A stretch of DNA of 63,830 nucleotides, counting the filler. It is 7 parts of 7 records of this genome, joined end to end, with 100 filler letters (N's around TTAATTAATTAA, not from the genome) between each part and the next. Parts side by side here need not be neighbours in the genome. Positions count along the whole stretch, not along the records: positions 56,775 to 63,830 come from SRR31147125_11652; 6 more parts are not named here. One strand, given 5' to 3'. The notes under the pieces were generated by a model. It did not search any database. It was not told where the DNA came from and worked only from the letters and a program-made list of their open reading frames with translations. The translations under genes were made by a program, and so were the position numbers. This document shows, in pieces, positions 60,918 to 63,830 of this stretch (position 1 is the stretch's first letter; each line of letters starts with the position of its first letter).

Positions 60918-63830
60918 TTGGATTTGATGAGTTTACCAACAAAGCAAGGATTATATGATCCAGCATTTGAACATGATGCTTGTGGTATTGGTTGTGTTGT
61001 TAACATTGATGGTCGCAAAACAAACCAGATTGTAAACCAAGCGTTAGTTGTTCTTGAAAATCTTGATCATAGGGGAGCTCGTGGAAACGAAGAGAATACA
61101 GGGGATGGTGCAGGTATTTTATTACAGATACCTGATAAGTTCTTTCGTGAGCAAACTGATGTATTAGGATTTGACTTGCCTAAATTTGGTGAGTATGGTG
61201 TAGGAATGGTTTTCTTCTGCCACGACGAAGAGAAAAGAAGTATATTGAAAAAGATGGTTGAAGACGTTGTTGAAGAGCAAGGTCAATCAGTTTTAGGATG
61301 GAGAATTTCTCCTACGTGCGGAGATGGACTAGGTCAATCTGCAAAGATATCTATGCCTTTTGTAGAACAAATTTTCATCGGTAAAAGCGATGATATAAAA
61401 GATGAATTAGATTTTGAGAGAAAGCTTTTTGTAATAAGAAGACTTATTGAAAAGAAAATGCTTACTGTTGATATAGTAGGTAGTGAATATTTTTATATTG
61501 CAAGTATGTCATGCAGAACTGTTGTATATAAAGGTATGCTTATTCCTTATCAAATGAAAGAATTCTTTTTAGATTTAAATGACAATCGCATGGAGTCAGC
61601 TCTTGCTCTTGTACACTCAAGATTCAGTACAAACACATTCCCAAGCTGGGAAAGAGCACATCCATATAGAATGACAATTCATAATGGAGAGATCAATACA
61701 TTACGTGGTAATGTTAACGGTATGAAATCAAGAGAATCTTCAATAATTACTGATTATTTCCCAACTGAAATAGGAAATCTTATGCCAATAATAGATGAAG
61801 AGGGTAGTGACTCTGCAATGTTTGATAATTGCTTAGAGTTTATGTATCTAGCAGGAAGACCTCTTTCAGAAGTTATGATGATGATGATTCCTGAACCATG
61901 GGAGAAAAACCCATACATGGATGACGAGAAGAAGAGTTTTTATAGATATAACTCTTGTTTGATGGAGCCGTGGGATGGTCCTGCTGCTATTGTTGCAACT
62001 GATGGCGTTTCAGTATGCGCAAGCCTTGATAGAAACGGTCTTAGACCTTCCAGATATTATGTAACAAAAGACAACATGCTTGTTTTAGCTTCTGAAGTTG
62101 GTGTTTTAGAGCTAGAAGAAAAAGACATTGCAATCAAAGAAAGATTGATGCCTGGTCGTATGTTGCTTGTGGACACTGACAAAAAAGAGATTACATCTGA
62201 TGAAGTTTTAAAATCTAAATTTGCAAAAGCTTATCCTTATAAAGAATGGTTAGAGAAAAACGAAGTTAAGCTAAGTGATGTAGAGATAGCTTTTGAAGAA
62301 GGACAAAATTCAGTTGAAGATATAAAGGTTAAACAAACTGCTTTTGGATATACTTTTGAAGATATTCAAAAAGTTTTAGAGCCTATGGTTGTTAAAGGAA
62401 TTGATCCAGTTGGAGCTATGGGTAATGATGCTTCTTTAGCTGTACTTTCTGATAAAAGCCAAATGCTTTACAATTACTTCAAACAGCTATTTGCTCAGGT
62501 TACAAATCCACCTATCGACTCTATCCGTGAAGAGATTGTTACGGGGTCTTCTACATGGCTTGGTTCAATGGAAAACCTATTGGATCATTCACCAAATGCT
62601 TGTAGAAGAATATCTTGTGATTCTCCAATCTTAAAAATTCTGAGTTAGAAGGCATCAAGCAAATTGATAAAGATGGATTTAAGCCAAGAACTATTTCAAT
62701 GTTGTTTGATAAATCTAGAGGTAGTGTAGGGCTTAAAAGTAAACTGAACGAAATATTCGACTTAGCTGATAAAAGTATTAGCGAAGGCGTTAATTTAATC
62801 ATACTTTCTGATAGAGGAATGGATGAAGACAAAGCTCCAATTCCAGCTTTACTTGCTTGTGCAGCGCTTAATCAACATTTGGTTGAAAACGGAACAAGAA
62901 CTAAAGCAAGTATCATTATAGAATCTGGTGAACCAAGAGAAGTTCATCACTTCTGCTTATTGCTTGGCTACGGTGCTGATGCAATAAACCCATATCTTGC
63001 AATCGCTTCAATAGAAGATATGGTTGAAAGTGGAATGATTAAAAATTATGATAAAGAAACAGCATTAAAAAGATATTTCTATGCAAGCGTAAAAGGAATT
63101 ATCAAAGTTTTATCAAAAATGGGTATATCAACTATACAGAGTTATAGAGGTGCTCAAATTTTTGAAGCAATTGGTGTTGCTCATTCTGTTATCGAAAATT
63201 ACTTTAAAGGAACACCATCAAGAATAGGTGGAATTGACTTAAATATAATCACGAATGAAGTAATAATGCGTCATGAAGAAGGATTTGCATCAAAAAGTGA
63301 TAGTGGTGTAGATTTAAGTTCTGGCGGTCTATTTAACTGGAGAAAAGAGGGTGAATATCACTCTGTTAATCCTCAAACAATCATTACACTTCAACAAGCG
63401 TGTTGGGAAAATGATTATGACAAGTTTAAAGAGTATGTTAGCTTACTTGAAAACAGATCTGATCAATATTCGACAATAAGATCGCTTCTTGACTTTAGAT
63501 ATGCAGACAAACCTCTTCCGATTTCTGAGATTGAGTCAGTAGAATCCATTTGTAAGAGATTTAAAACAGGTGCTATGTCTTATGGTTCAATAAGCTTAGA
63601 GGCTCATGAATGTATTGCTATTGCAATGAACAGAATTGGCGGTAAAAGCAACTCTGGAGAAGGTGGAGAAAAAGTTGAAAGATTCACACCAGAAGAAAAC
63701 GGTGATTCAAAATGTTCTGCAATTAAACAGGTTGCATCTGGTAGATTTGGTGTTACATCTCATTACCTAACAACTGCAAAAGAAATTCAAATTAAAATGG
63801 CACAGGGTGCTAAACCGGGTGAAGGTGGAC
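60918..63830 (+). CDS. gltB: Glutamate synthase large subunit, 1-nt frameshift near 62635, 3'-truncated
   Basis: HDACG, HSRFSTNT and FAQVTNPP; after the shift, TGAMSYGS, NSGEGGE, KQVASGRFG and IKMAQGAKPGEGG. Confidence 0.97.

Noticed and set aside
3504-62832. Many short antisense or overlapping ORFs in the track (e.g. 3504-3866, 14813-15436, 22778-23356, 50752-51309)
   Set aside because: Shadow frames of well-supported genes, with no motifs of their own.
1-63830. CRISPR arrays, tRNA/rRNA genes, transposases, integrases, defence systems
   Set aside because: None recognised by eye in the intergenic regions or ORFs.

Overview
The window is not one locus. It is seven unrelated contigs joined by six identical 100-nt linkers (N-run + TTAATTAATTAA + N-run), so gene context is valid only within a contig. 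(1) 1-9859, Bacteroidetes-like: a small RPPP-ending ORF, TonB-dependent receptor, MFS, then hemN-hemG-hemF-hemH. (2) 9960-16256: Zn-ADH, Fe-ADH, aldehyde:ferredoxin oxidoreductase, DHDPS-family aldolase and sulfatase. (3) 16357-21979: a LacI regulator with four 18-bp operators, divergent from an SCP2-like-domain glycyl radical enzyme and its activase. (4) 22080-41628, spirochaete-like: purine salvage, a fab cluster, a putative exopolysaccharide module (ODP/degenerate GGDEF/pseudo-REC sensor, HEAT-GT2 synthase, beta-barrel, lipoprotein), a tandem desulforedoxin-like mini-protein and sugar catabolism/ABC genes. (5) 41729-48820, Bacteroidetes-like: ECF sigma, FecR, STN-aspartyl protease-PDZ and STN-carboxypeptidase-regulatory-like genes. 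(6) 48921-56674: PFOR, CoA transferase, ptb, buk, iorAB. (7) 56775-63830, Firmicutes-like: a triple-repeat membrane-anchored protein, NUDIX, Cu/Zn SOD and gltB. About a dozen frameshifts, mostly 1-nt losses in homopolymers, look like sequencing error. Best candidates for undescribed systems: the SCP2-GRE, the ODP-linked polysaccharide module, the STN-protease ECF/FecR module and the RPPP leader ORF. All family calls come from motif recognition by eye; no searches were run.
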